Assembly (NCBI RefSeq): GCF_009914755.1
Contig: NC_060939.1
Length of the DNA stretch: 64,000 bases
DNA from: the human T2T-CHM13v2.0 reference genome, Homo sapiens
Direction: 5' to 3' (one strand)
Shown here piece by piece: positions 14,449 to 30,352 of this stretch. Below the pieces are notes generated by a model. The model had not been told where the DNA came from, did no database searches, and saw only the letters and a program-made list of their open reading frames with translations. Each line of letters opens with the position of its first letter. Within the stretch, counting starts at the first letter, position 1. The position numbers and the translations under genes are program-made.

Positions 14449-15355
14449 GGCTGGAGGAGCCAAGATGGCCGAATAGGAAGAGCTCCGGTCTACAGCTACT
14501 AGCGTGAGCGACGCAGAAGACGGGTGATTTCTGCATTTCCATCTGAGGTACCGGGTTCATCTCACTAGGGAGTGCCAGACAGTGGGCGCAGGCCAGTGTG
14601 TGTGCGCACCGTGCGCGAGCCGAAGCAGGGCGAGGCATTGCCTCACCTGGGAAGCGCAAGGGGTCAGGGAGTTCCCTTTCCGAGTCAAAGAAAGGGGTGA
14701 CGGACGCACCTGGAAAATCGGGTCACTCCCACCCGAATATTGCGCTTTTCAGACCCGCTTAAGAAACGGCGCACCACGAGACTATATCCCACACCTGGCT
14801 CAGAGGGTCCTACGCCCACAGAATCTCGCTGATTGCTAGCACAGCAGTCTGAGATCAAACTGCAAGGCGGCAACGAGGCTGGGGGAGGGGCGCCCGCCAT
14901 TGCCCAGGCTTGCTTAGGTAAACAAAGCAGCCGGGAAGCTCCAACTGGGTGGAGCCCACCACAGCTCAAGGAGGCCTGCCTGCCTCTGTAGGCTCCACCT
15001 CTGGGGGCAGGGCACAGACAAACAAAAAGACAGCAGTAACCTCTGCAGACTTAAGTGTCCCTGTCTGACAGCTTTGAAGAGAGCAGTGGTTCTCCCAGCA
15101 CGCAGCTGGAGATCTGAGAACGGGCAGACTGCCTCCTCAAGTGGGTCCCTGACCCCTGACCCCCGAGCAGCCTAACTGGGAGGCACCCCCCAGCAGGGGC
15201 ACACTGACACCTCACACGGCAGGGTATTCCAACAGACCTGCAGCTGAGGGTCCTGTCTGTTAGAAGGAAAACTAACAACCAGAAAGGACATCTACACCGA
15301 AAACCCATCTGTACATCACCATCATCAAAGACCAAAAGTAGATAAAACCACAAAG
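14449..15355 (+). promoter_or_regulatory. L1 5'UTR internal Pol II promoter (sense and antisense), CpG island, YY1 site
   Basis: YY1 motif CAAGATGGCC at 14461-14470. High CpG density compared with the rest of the window. Confidence 0.9.
14685..14900 (-). CDS. ORF0: LINE-1 ORF0 (antisense 5'UTR ORF), 71 aa
   Basis: ATG at 14900-14898 gives MAGAPPPASLPPCSLISDCC...RCVRHPFL, 71 aa. It is the C-terminal part of track ORF 14685..14969. Confidence 0.9.
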   Translation of the reverse strand: MAGAPPPASLPPCSLISDCCASNQRDSVGVGPSEPGVGYSLVVRRFLSGSEKRNIRVGVTRFSRCVRHPFL

Positions 15356-16372
15356 ATGGGGAAAAAACAGAACAGAAAAACTGGAAACTCTAAAACGCAG
15401 AGCATCTCTCCTCCTCCAAAGGAACGCAGTTCCTCACCAGCAACAGAACAAAGCTGGATGGAGAATGATTTTGACGAGCTGAGAGAAGAAGGCTTCAGAC
15501 GATCAAATTACTCTGAGCTACGGGAGGACATTCAAACCAAAGGCAAAGAAGTTGAAAACTTTGAAAAAAATTTAGAAGAATGTATAACTAGAATAACCAA
15601 TACAGAGAAGTGCTTAAAGGAGCTGATGGAGCTGAAAACCAAGGCTCGAGAACTACGTGAAGAATGCAGAAGCCTCAGGAGCCGATGCGATCAACTGGAA
15701 GAAAGGGTATCAGCAATGGAAGATGAAATGAATGAAATGAAGCGAGAAGGGAAGTTTAGAGAAAAAAGAATAAAAAGAAATGAGCAAAGCCTCCAAGAAA
15801 TATGGGACTATGTGAAAAGACCAAATCTACGTCTGATTGGTGTACCTGAAAGTGATGTGGAGAATGGAACCAAGTTGGAAAACACTCTGCAGGATATTAT
15901 CCAGGAGAACTTCCCCAATCTAGCAAGGCAGGCCAACGTTCAGATTCAGGAAATACAGAGAACGCCACAAAGATACTCCTCGAGAAGAGCAACTCCAAGA
16001 CACATAATTGTCAGATTCACCAAAGTTGAAATGAAGGAAAAAATGTTAAGGGCAGCCAGAGAGAAAGGTCAGGTTACCCTCAAAGGAAAGCCCATCAGAC
16101 TAACAGCGGATCTCTCGGCAGAAACCCTACAAGCCAGAGGAGAGTGGGGGCCAATATTCAACATTCTTAAAGAAAAGAATTTTCAACCCAGAATTTCATA
16201 TCCAGCCAAACTAAGCTTCATAAGTGAAGGAGAAATAAAATACTTTATAGACAAGCAAATGCTGAGAGATTTGGTCACCACCAGGCCTGCCCTAAAAGAG
16301 CTCCTGAAGGAAGCACTAAACATGGAAAGGAACAACCGGTACCAGCCGCTGCAAAATCATGCCAAAATGTAA
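15356..16372 (+). CDS. ORF1: LINE-1 ORF1p, RNA-binding/nucleic-acid chaperone (coiled coil, RRM, CTD), 338 aa
   Basis: MGKKQNRKTGNSK...NHAKM, canonical length. REKG235-238 and YPAKLS282-287 are intact; RR261-262 reads RG. Confidence 0.98.
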   Translation: MGKKQNRKTGNSKTQSISPPPKERSSSPATEQSWMENDFDELREEGFRRSNYSELREDIQTKGKEVENFEKNLEECITRITNTEKCLKELMELKTKARELREECRSLRSRCDQLEERVSAMEDEMNEMKREGKFREKRIKRNEQSLQEIWDYVKRPNLRLIGVPESDVENGTKLENTLQDIIQENFPNLARQANVQIQEIQRTPQRYSSRRATPRHIIVRFTKVEMKEKMLRAAREKGQVTLKGKPIRLTADLSAETLQARGEWGPIFNILKEKNFQPRISYPAKLSFISEGEIKYFIDKQMLRDLVTTRPALKELLKEALNMERNNRYQPLQNHAKM

Positions 16373-16411
16373 AGACCATCGAGACTAGGAAGAAACTGCA
16401 TCAACTAATGA

Positions 16412-20263
<3,852 letters not shown>

Positions 20264-20489
20264 ACAATGAGATCACATGGACACAGGAAGGGGAATATCA
20301 CACTCTGGGGACTGTGGTGGGGTCGGGGGAGGGGGGAGGGATAGCATTGGGAGATATACCTAATGCTAGATGACACATTAGTGGGTGCAGCGCACCAGCA
20401 TGGCACATGTATACATATGTAACTAACCTGCACAATGTGCACATGTACCCTAAAACTTAGAGTATAATAAAAAAAAAAAAAAAAAAAAA

Positions 20490-20780
20490 GGCAGTCTCAT
20501 AGAAATGGAAAGTAGAAAAGTGGTTACGAGGCAGGAGAATGGCATGAGCCCAGGAGACGGAGCTTGCAGTGAGCCGAGATCGTGCCACTGCACACCAGCC
20601 TGGGCCACAGAGCGAGACTCTTGTCTCAAAAAAAAGAAAGAAAAGAAAAGAAAAGAAAAGTGGTTACCAGAGGCTAGCAGGAGAACGGAAGATGGGGAAA
20701 GGGGAGATGATAGTGAAAGGGTACACAGTTTCAGTTAGACTGGAGGAACACATTTTAGTGAACTATTGCACCGCATGGTG
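20490..20780 (+). mobile_element. Old L1MA/L1MB-type 3'UTR fragment, split by the Alu
   Basis: CTCATAGAA...GTAGAAAAGTGGTTACCAGAGGCT...AAAGGGTACACAGTTTCAGTTAGAC is typical of L1M 3' ends. Confidence 0.65.
20528..20653 (+). mobile_element. 5'-truncated AluY-like element inside the transduced segment
   Basis: Right-arm GAGAATGGC...GGAGCTTGCAGTGAGCCGAGATCG with a (GAAAA)n tail. 14-bp TSD AGAAAAGTGGTTAC at 20514-20527 and 20654-20667. Confidence 0.88.
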
Positions 20781-20884
20781 CCCTTGCACCACCCTGAGTA
20801 GAGCTTACAGACCCCTCTTCCTCCCTGAGAAGGAAGGTATTCTCAGTGAACACTGCCCCCGACCCTAAGTGAATTAGAAAGACT

Positions 20885-21230
20885 TTCTCTCTACCTAATG
20901 TCTGTCACAGCACTTACCACGCACTTACCATAATTATCTATCTACAAACCTAGACTGTAAGGCTTGAGCAGCAAGTACTTTTGTATCCCAGTACCTAGAT
21001 CAGTGTCAAGCTCGTAGGAGGTTCTCAGGCCCCATGGTGTAGTGGTTAAAAGTATAAACTTTATAATAATCCATCCAAATCTCAAACCCCTTTGCTAAAT
21101 ATAAGTTCTCATTTAGAGTAAGCAAAACATTTGAGGCTTCATTTCCTTAGTGGTGAGAATGAGATAAATATAGTAATATCTACTTCATAGTTGCCTTAAG
21201 AATATGAAATAAGAATAATGAATGAATGAG
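20885..21230 (+). mobile_element. L2 3' end interrupted by a MIR (within the transduction)
   Basis: CTAGACTGTAAG...TTTGTATCCCAGTACCTAG, then MIR-like ATGGTGTAGTGGTTAAAAG, then an (AATG)n tail at ~21217. Confidence 0.55.
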
Positions 21231-21694
21231 AGAAAGAATGAGTGAGCGAACCCATCCACCAACCAACTTCTCAAAGAACCCCACTGTCCCCAAAACTCTC
21301 CTTGTGTTCTGGAATTCTGTTAGAGCTTTTGAAAAAAGAAAGCACAGCTTAGATTTGGCTAAGACCAACCTGAATTCAATCAATTCTAAAACAAAATCAA
21401 GAAAGAAAAAAAGAAAGCCTGCATCAACCAGTCACTACTTTCTATTTTTCTAGGAGGTGGGAATATGGACAGGACTGATCTCTGTAGCTCCTTTTTTGAA
21501 CTTGGGACGATCTCAGATCTCACCTGTGGCGATTTCACAGCATAGCAGTAGAGGGTTAAAACTTATATGAACTTCGTTTGAACTTTGTATGGGCTCCTCT
21601 CTTACTTTAAAAAGTTTTACATTAAACTTTGTAATGTAAGGAGAACATGCAATTTAAATTAAAGAATTGGAGGAGATTTGGGTATTTAAAAAAA

Positions 21695-21707
21695 AAATAT
21701 ACTGGAC
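21695..21707 (+). repeat. 3' target-site duplication of the L1HS insertion (AAATATACTGGAC)
   Basis: Overlaps the end of the A10 tract; identical to 14433-14445. Confidence 0.85.
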
Positions 21708-22052
21708 TGAAATTAGCTCTTCCCACAAAAATTAAAGGTGTATTAAAGTTTGTTTTCAAAGATATAATATTTTGAAACTGTGTGGGCTTTCATTTCTGCC
21801 TTCCTTAGCCATTAACGACTAGAGTCCTTCAGGCCTGGTGCTCATGCTTAAGGCTCTATGTCTACACTGACGGGGTAAAAAGTGCCTTAGAAGCACCAGC
21901 AGGTGGAAGTGGGATTTACTACGCTGCCATCTATCTGGTATCCAAAGTGTCAGGAGTGCCCTCTGCACTGCGTGCCCAATGCCACAGCTCTTTCCTGATG
22001 TGCAGGTGATCCAGCCTCAATAACTGGGTTGTTGTCTTCTAGTTCCTGATTC

Positions 22053-22344
22053 TGTTTTTTGTTGTTTTTTTTTTGAGATGGAGTCTTGCTCTGTCACCCA
22101 GGCTAGACAGCAGTGGCGCAATCTCAGCTCACTTCAACCTGTGCCTCCCGGGTTCAAGCGATTCTCCTGCCTCAGCCTCCTAAGGAGCTGAGATTACAGG
22201 CGCCCGCCACTGCGCCTGGCTAATTTTTGCATTTTTACTAGAGACGGGGTTTCACCAACTTGGCCAGGCTGGTCTCGAACTCCTGACTTCATGATCAGCC
22301 TCCCAAAGTGCTGGGATTACAGGTGTGAGCCACCATGCCTGGCT
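22053..22344 (-). mobile_element. AluS
   Basis: Alu dimer; TSD TAGTTCCTG at 22040-22048 and 22345-22353. Confidence 0.92.
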
Positions 22345-23584
22345 TAGTTCCTGCTTTTTATGCTTGATCTAGTGGAGTCCCATCCTGAAATGCAGCCTGC
22401 TTGAACCCTTACTAGTTATTATAAACCCTATACTTTGAGGCTGGATAGCACTCCGTTTAGCCCCTGGCCACTCCTCTCTGCCACCACCCCTAGATTGGCC
22501 TCTACTTTCCCACACACACTCCTGTCTCCTTGGACACTGCAGTTTTCTTTGTCACTTTCAATACTGGTATGTGAGCTATCAGCTACTTCCCTTCTATCTG
22601 GTGGGTTCCTGGGACTCTTGTTCTCTCTGGTTCTGACCTCCTTGCCTTTCTCTTCTGCTGAGGTATACATACATCCATTTGCCAAGCCCATGTCAGGTGC
22701 AATACTATGGATCATCACATGAATTAGAAGCCAAACAGTAAGGAACTCCCCCCAACCACCGTTTCTAACATCTCATGGGGAATGTTGGGTTCTTCTAGGG
22801 GCCAAGATCATCTGCCCTGTCTGGGGAAATGCACTGGCCCTTTCTCTAAGGAAATTAGGTTTCCCACTCTTGTTTAGTGATGATTAGCTATTTCAACCTC
22901 CCAGATCTTACTTTCAACCACACAGTTGCTCCATGCTGACTTTAACATAACAGCACTGATTTCCATATATAATGTATGAAATTGGTCTTCTTACTTTGAC
23001 ATTACCCCTTAGTAACTGAAAACACAACAAAAAAATCTCCTTCTTCAGGTTATATCATGTTGTCATAAGCCAATCATTTGTAGGTGTTATCCAGTAACAC
23101 TAATATGTTAACCTATTATAATATTTATAACCAATATAATAGTTGTTATTACGTGTCAACACTATTTTTTTGTGCTACTCAGATATTAACTCACATAAGT
23201 CTCACAGAAATCCCATAAAATAGGTTTTATTCTTTTCTCTATTTTATGCATAAGAAACTGAGAAACAAAGCTCCATCCAGCAACTTTCACCAAGTTTGGT
23301 AGGAAAGCTCATTACAGGACCCATGCGGTTGAAGTCTAGAGCTCAAACTCAATCATTATTCTCTGCTAATTTTTGCAGTGAGAGCAATTTCTCTCCATTT
23401 CTTATTCTATCTTGATTCCCAATAGGTCTCACAGAACAGAGGGGCGAACCTCTTCCTAGTAGCGTTCTCACATGGTTAAGGGCTCTGGAATCTTATAGTC
23501 CTGGACTCTAGTCTCAACTTCCCATATGTAAGCTGCATGACCCAGATAAATTACTAACCTGAGTCTTCATTTTCTCAACTGCTG

Positions 23585-24105
23585 CTTTTTCTTTTTCCTG
23601 ACACCACTTCGGACACCAAATAGTTGTCCAACAATTCAATTTAATTCTGACATAAACTATTTGAATTTAGTGCAGACCTCACAAGGCAAGGGCTCAGAAT
23701 CACAACGCTGCCCCCAGCTGCAAATCCCAGGACCTACCTGTACCTCTGACCAACAGGCTATAAATTGGAGGTTCCCTCTACCCTCACCTCCATTTCAACA
23801 ATTCACCAGAGCTACTCCTCAGAAAACACTTTACTAATGTTTATTGGTTTATTATAAAGGATATAACCCCAGGAGAGTCAAATGGAAGAGATGCATAGGG
23901 TAAGGTACGGGGTGCAGGAGACAGTTTTTATGCCCTCTCCAGGAATACAACCTCCCCAGCAGCAAAGGTCAGGGTTAGGACTGAAAGTTCCAACCCTCTA
24001 ATTAGCAATTAGATTTTATCACTCAGGAGATTCCAAGGATTTTAGGAGTGCAGAGCCAGGAACCAAGAACAAAGACCAAATATGATGTATTTTTATTATA
24101 CCATA
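23585..24105. mobile_element. MER21-like LTR
   Basis: ACAATTCAATTTAATTCTGACA...GCAGACCTCACAAGG...GGCTATAAATTGGAGGTTCCC...GATTCCAAGGATTTTAGGAG. Confidence 0.7.
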
Positions 24106-26539
24106 ACAACAAAAGAGGCAAAAGACTATTTATCTCATGGACTTAAATTAGACAGACTGTGAAATAAGATTGATGAAGTGGTACATTGAGAAACCTAAAA
24201 CAAATGGGCTTTTTTCAAGTAGCCCCGTGGGCTGCTCTACTTCCTCACTGCCATTTTCATTTCTGCATTGCCCCATTGTAAGTCACATCAAGCATTGCCC
24301 CATTGTAAGTCACAACGGGACATGCATCAGCAAGTTATTTGAGAATTCCTGGTACATTTAACATCAAGTGATCCAATGCACTATTGTTCCGGGTCATGGG
24401 TGATCAAATGCACTATTGTTCCGGGTCATGGGTGATGTCTCCCAAGCATGAAAGGCAACAAAATCAATTATGAGGTTTTACTGAGCACCTATTGCATGCA
24501 GCCTACTGTATCAGTCATTGGAGATACCAAGATGTTCAAAATCAAAGTTGCCTTGTTGAGTCCTCTTTCTCCATCCCCCGGTTCGTTGATCTCCAGTTTG
24601 TCCTAACATTCCGTTTAGAACTTTCCCCCAGTGTCCACACAATTACTGGTGTCTGTAATATCATCTGCACCCCATCATTTGTCTGTTAAAATGCCCACCA
24701 CTATTTATAAGTGCCTATCTCAATGCCATTTCCTTCAGGGTGTCCATTTCTCCAGGACAATCCTCTTAGCAGAATTACTTTTTGCTTTCTGCATGATCAT
24801 GCAGCACCTTGATCGCTTCTGGCTTTAATTATCGAGGGTTTTGTGTGCAAGCTTTATTGGGCTTTCAGATTGAAAGTTCTTGGAAGGCAAATGTATCATC
24901 CCACCCATCTTCTAAATAACCCAGTGTTCTGTACAGAATGGACTGGGAATGGATGTTCATTGAATTAAACAGATTCAAATCTAATCAACCATCACCAGCA
25001 GAGATCAACTATAGTTATGAACTCCTTCTTCCGGCTTAAGCCTACCCTATTTGAGAGCTAGTGTTGACTCGGGCATTTTAGAAGAGTTTAATTCCACAGA
25101 TGATTAATCTCGTTTTTTTATGTGTTGATTTTTCCTAGTTTTCCTCGCAGAGGGTAATTCACTTCTAAGTTTCAGGAGCACTTTATTGTAGCCTCTCATT
25201 TATGGACTATAATAATAATACCCATCATATATTGGATGCTTATTATGCATGAGTCACTGTGTTAAGTGCTTTATGTAAGTTCATCGATTTAATTTCCACA
25301 ATAGCCCTGTGAGATGTGGAGTTTTGTGTTTATTTTTAATATTGTTTGACCTCATTTTACAGATAAGAGAACTAAGATTCAGAGAGATAAATGAAATTTC
25401 CATATGCCCAGGGGCAAACTTAACCCTTAACAATTTTTCTCTCTGTCATTATTCTCTTGAGCATATTGGCTTGGGTAGCACCTGCCTTAAAGACCAGTCA
25501 TGCAGGAAGGCCAGGTTCCATAACCCTATTCCCACCAAAAGTTCTACCCATTCCCAGTAATCTCTCCTTCCCCATTGTCCCAGTTCAGGTAGGTGTTAAC
25601 ACACTTCCAGATACAGCCTGCTGAAGCTATAACGAGAATATGTACATAAAGAGAGACATTTTTTTTGTGTGTTGCACCTTAAATTCCCAATGAACGATAC
25701 AGACCATGCATCCAAAAGAATTATGGAGAATGCTAAGACGATGAAAGCTTGAAGCATTCAATGCCATTGTCATGTAGGAAATGGAATCCAAGCCTTGAGG
25801 AAAACACAACCCAGGCAGATTGAGAACAGTTAGAAGAGTCCCTCAGATGGGAAATATCCTGAGCCAAGTTTCAGAGACAGCAATGCACCGATTGCCCTTA
25901 GGGGAACAAGAGCAGTGTTTTTACAGAGAAATAAGAGGAAAATGTTATTTGAAGAGTGGGCCAAGATTATGAAAGTGCACAGAATGGCAAGATAAAAAAA
26001 TCTGGTGTGCAGTGTCTGTATTCAGAAGTTTATTTTCCACCAATAGGATTTTCACATGTAAGGAGCCCATAGGTTAAAATATGCTTGTTTGACTACCAGG
26101 AATTAAGGAACTTCAGCTATGATTTGTAGTTCCTCTAAAGTCAACTAGAGGCCATTCCTACTAGGCTAAAAGGAAGAGTTCTTCATCCTACAAGTTTTCT
26201 GAGCTGTACAAATTAAAGGTCTATTATTTTATTTAAAAATACACATTAGTAGATATTCAATTTTCTAAGCCTGAGGCTGAATTCACCAGCATATGGCTAC
26301 TGCTTGAACTCACTGTCATTACCATGCACATGCCAACCGATCATTTATTATTGTGTCAGCCATAATACATTAGTAGTAAATACCTGTAGGATCAGCCAAG
26401 TTATCTTTAAATTACACTGCAAGCTACATGAAAATGAAGACCATATCTCAAATTGTTGTACTTAGACTCAGACCCTATTGCCAAAGTTGCCATTCTAACA
26501 TGCAAGAAATTAAACATGTCCCTCTTCAATAAATCCTCC

Positions 26540-26982
26540 AGAGAAAGAGAAAGACATATTTGTTATGAGGAATTGGCTCATGCAATTATGGAGCCTGAGA
26601 AGTCCCATGATCTGCCATCTGCCATCTGCAAGCTATAGACTGAGGGAAGCTGGTGACGTAATTCTATCTGGGTTTAAAGGTCCAAACCAGGAGAGCCAAT
26701 GGTGTAAACTCCAGTCTGAAGGCAAGAGAAGTTGAGAAGATGTCCTTACTCAAGCAGGCAGGCCAGAAAAAAGGGTCTCTTTTCTCTACCTTTTGTTCTA
26801 CTGAAGCCCTGAAAAGAGTGGAGGATGTCTACCTGTCCTGGAGAGGGCAATCTACTTTATTGAATCCACTGATTCAAAGGTCAGTCTCATGCAGAAACAT
26901 CGTCACAGACACGTCCAGAAACAATGTTCAATCTAGGCACCCCATGGCCTGCTCAAGGTGACACAAACAATTAGCCATCACA
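26540..26982 (-). mobile_element. MLT2 (ERVL) LTR
   Basis: GAGGAATTGGCTCATGCAATTATGGAGCCTGAGAAGTCCCATGATCTGCC...AATTAGCCATCACA. Confidence 0.8.
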
Positions 26983-27179
26983 TACTGCTTTCCATATCTG
27001 GCTGCAATTGACTTTGAACCCAAAAGCCCAGCTATATTCACTCTTTGCAATTTCCCCAACTCTAGAGATTTGCATATGCCATCTCTTCAGCCTGGAAATA
27101 CCTTTTCCTAAAAATGTAACATGTTTCAAAAAGATTTTGTAATTTATTCAACATTTATTTTATTTCTTGTAATTAGTTA

Positions 27180-27400
27180 CAAGTTGATTAAGCATTTATT
27201 TATTTTATGCCTATTACTGAGTTTGCATAAGACTCACAAGAGTTTGCTAAGGAAGATATTATTAGCACTCTCTTTTCATAGATGAGAAATCGAGGCTCAA
27301 AGATCTGAAGATATCTTCCTAAGGTCACAGTCCACAAAGTGCCAGAGCCAGGATTTGAACCCAGAAACATGTGTCTTCTAAACTTTTAAACCACATCACT
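27180..27400 (-). mobile_element. MIR SINE
   Basis: AGATGAGAAATCGAGGCTCA...CTAAGGTCACAG...GCCAGGATTTGAACCCAG. Confidence 0.7.
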
Positions 27401-27934
27401 TGTTGTGCAAGAATGGGAGGCCCCTTGGAGGGGCAAAATATAATCTTACTGCAGAACTCAGATTTCACCACTGCCTGAGGACTTGCAATAATGAACAACA
27501 CGTCTGGGGAAATTAATCTACAAAATCTCTCCCCCTAGGGAATAAGCAGTTGCATTTTCTCACCTGAAAATTCTTTCCTCTGAGGTGCCAGTAGCAAATG
27601 CCTTTTATTTGGTGGATTCAGCTGTAAGCATGGCTCTCAGTGCCCAATAGGTCTAGCTGAATATTTGGCACGTTACCTGAGATGAAGCAAGCTCATAGAT
27701 TTCCTTTCCTCCCTCCTGTCTCTTGGGAACAGCTCTATTCACACAGTAGTATGTCTCATCTCTTCCAGCCTCAGTGTTTTAAATGGGAATGTCAATATGA
27801 CTGCATAAAGGCTCACAGGTCACCAGGGAATTGGCAATCTCATCTGCAATGAGCCCTTTACACTAAGGCTGAATAGCCAGGGTATGATGTCCCAGAAGAA
27901 AAAGAAATGAAACCTAGAGTAAAATCATTGTTTA

Positions 27935-28240
27935 AAGCAGCATGTCCCAAGTGTGTTCCTCAGACCAATCTTGTGACATGCTCTGTGAAAAAAAGTTTCA
28001 ATTGATGCATCATAAATTTTATGTTTTATAAATATTGCTTACTAAATTCCTATCTTAAAGATTCACACTTTACACTAGAATACTAAAGGCTCTGAGAAGT
28101 CCTGTAATATGGACATTAATCCAAATTTCTGAATCATTTGGGTGTAGAACATCTCTTTCCTTTCTTTGATTTTCATCATATCTATTAACAACTCACAGAA
28201 TTAACATTCTGTGAATCACAGTTTCGGGAATTGCCCAAAC
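27935..28240. mobile_element. hAT-Charlie-type DNA transposon fossil
   Basis: CAGCATGTCCCAAGTGTGTTCC start, AAGGCTCTGAGAAGTCCTG, inverted end CACAGTTTCGGGAATTG. Confidence 0.45.
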
Positions 28241-28829
28241 TGATTTAAAGCAGCTATTGAATTGCTATTTTTAGACTATCTGGTTATATCTAGAATCATA
28301 CCACTGGGAAGAAGCAAAAGTCCAACTTGTAAGTCCTTCGTATTCATAAAATGTTTATAAGAACAGCTGGCTCTTTCTTTTCAAATGCTTTCTTAAACTG
28401 CCCGCAATCCAAGCAGCCACCAGCACTGACAGTCCTGGAACAGACAGCACTAAGAATATGTCCCAAGCACAGCCCTAGATACCATCTTTCTTCCTATAAG
28501 AAAATTTATTCATTGATGCCTCTTGCCTATGTTGCTTCTTTTCAGCAGTTGAGTTCAAGTTGTTTGAATAGAACTATTAGAATATTCACCTAACTGGTCT
28601 GTCTGCCCTCAGTGTCAGCTTGCTCTAGTCCAAACAGAATATGCACTGAAGACCAGTTTGTTTTTCTAAAAGAATATGATGATCAAAGATGTAAACAAAA
28701 ATCACGTTCTCTTGCCATTCTACCACTTTCTGTATAGTGGCTTGGTAACCACATTGTCTCCTCATGGTTACAATGTGGCTGCTATAGCTCCAGGCATCAG
28801 TAATATTGAAAGAGAAAGTTGTTTTCTCA

Positions 28830-29236
28830 TTATTAGCATATGAATTGTGTTCCCTTGAAATTTATATTTTAAATTCTTAACCAAGAGTAGCTCAAAATAT
28901 GACCTTATTTGAACATAGGGTCGTTAAAAAAGTAATCAAGTTAAAATGAAGTCATTAGAATGGACCCTAATACAATATTACTGGTGTCATCATAAAAAAG
29001 GAGATTGTTGGACACAGAAACAGGCATATAGAGAAAACACCATGTGAACATTAAGATTGCCATCGAAAAGCTAAGAGAAACTTGGAAGAGCTCCTTCCTT
29101 TACAGCCCTCAGAAGTAGCCAACCCTACCGACACATTGATTATGGACCTCTGGTCCCCATAACTGTAATAAATTTTTGTTGCTTAAGCCACCCAGTTTGT
29201 GGTACTTTATTACAACAGGCCTAGAAAACTAATATA
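28830..29236 (+). mobile_element. MLT1 (MaLR) LTR
   Basis: TGAATTGTGTTCCC...GACCTTATTTG...AAGCCACCCAGTTTGTGGTACTTT...GAAAACTAATATA. Confidence 0.85.
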
Positions 29237-29776
29237 CTTCCTCTTCTTATTAGTTTGGAAAATCCAACCGAGAAATACCCTAGAAGCTTTCTTCATGCTT
29301 AAGTCAATTAGTGAAAAGGAAAACGCAATGACTGGCTTAAATCATTACCCAACCCTGGAAGTGGAAAAAAAAAGTCCCTTTCCCTTAGCATATGGGAAGG
29401 TGAATTCTGAAAAAAAAAAAAAAAAAAAAGGAAGAAAACACAAAATAGACCTTGGCCAACATGATACAGGACAGAGAAATGACTTTCGAAGCAATTACAT
29501 CTATCAGGTATTAGGCACCATGCAAGACACAGGACTTCAAAGACACATGAGGAAAGAATTCCTGTTCTGAGTCCTCAGGAAATGATATTGAAAAAGCAGC
29601 ACCTGAGGAAGCAGAAGAAAAACTAGGAGTGAAATGCGGCATGGAAGCCAATGAAGAGAGTTCCTAGAAGGGAAGCTATTCAGTGCCACAAAGCAGACAG
29701 GTGGGATGAGTACTGAGAAGAAAATACTAGATTTGGCATTTAAGGAGTCAATGTGATTTCACTAAGAATAATTTCA

Positions 29777-30352
<576 letters not shown>

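Larger units (their letters stand above)
20490..21697 (+). other. L1-mediated 3' transduction (~1.2 kb) ending in a second A-tract
   Basis: Lies between the L1 A21 tail and A10 (21688-21697). ATTAAA at 21658-21663. Followed by the second TSD copy. Confidence 0.85.

Noticed and set aside
20307-20340. G-quadruplex-forming tract
   Set aside because: Standard feature of the L1 3'UTR; not unusual.
20490-20530. TSD immediately after the L1 A21 tail
   Set aside because: GGCAGTCTCATAG has no match upstream of the L1; the matching repeat is at 21695.
21893-21940. CTCF-like motifs (also near 3288)
   Set aside because: Partial matches with mismatches at core positions; not supportable from sequence alone.
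24265-24436. CRISPR-like repeat/spacer pattern
   Set aside because: Only two copies per unit, no unique spacers, no cas genes, primate DNA.
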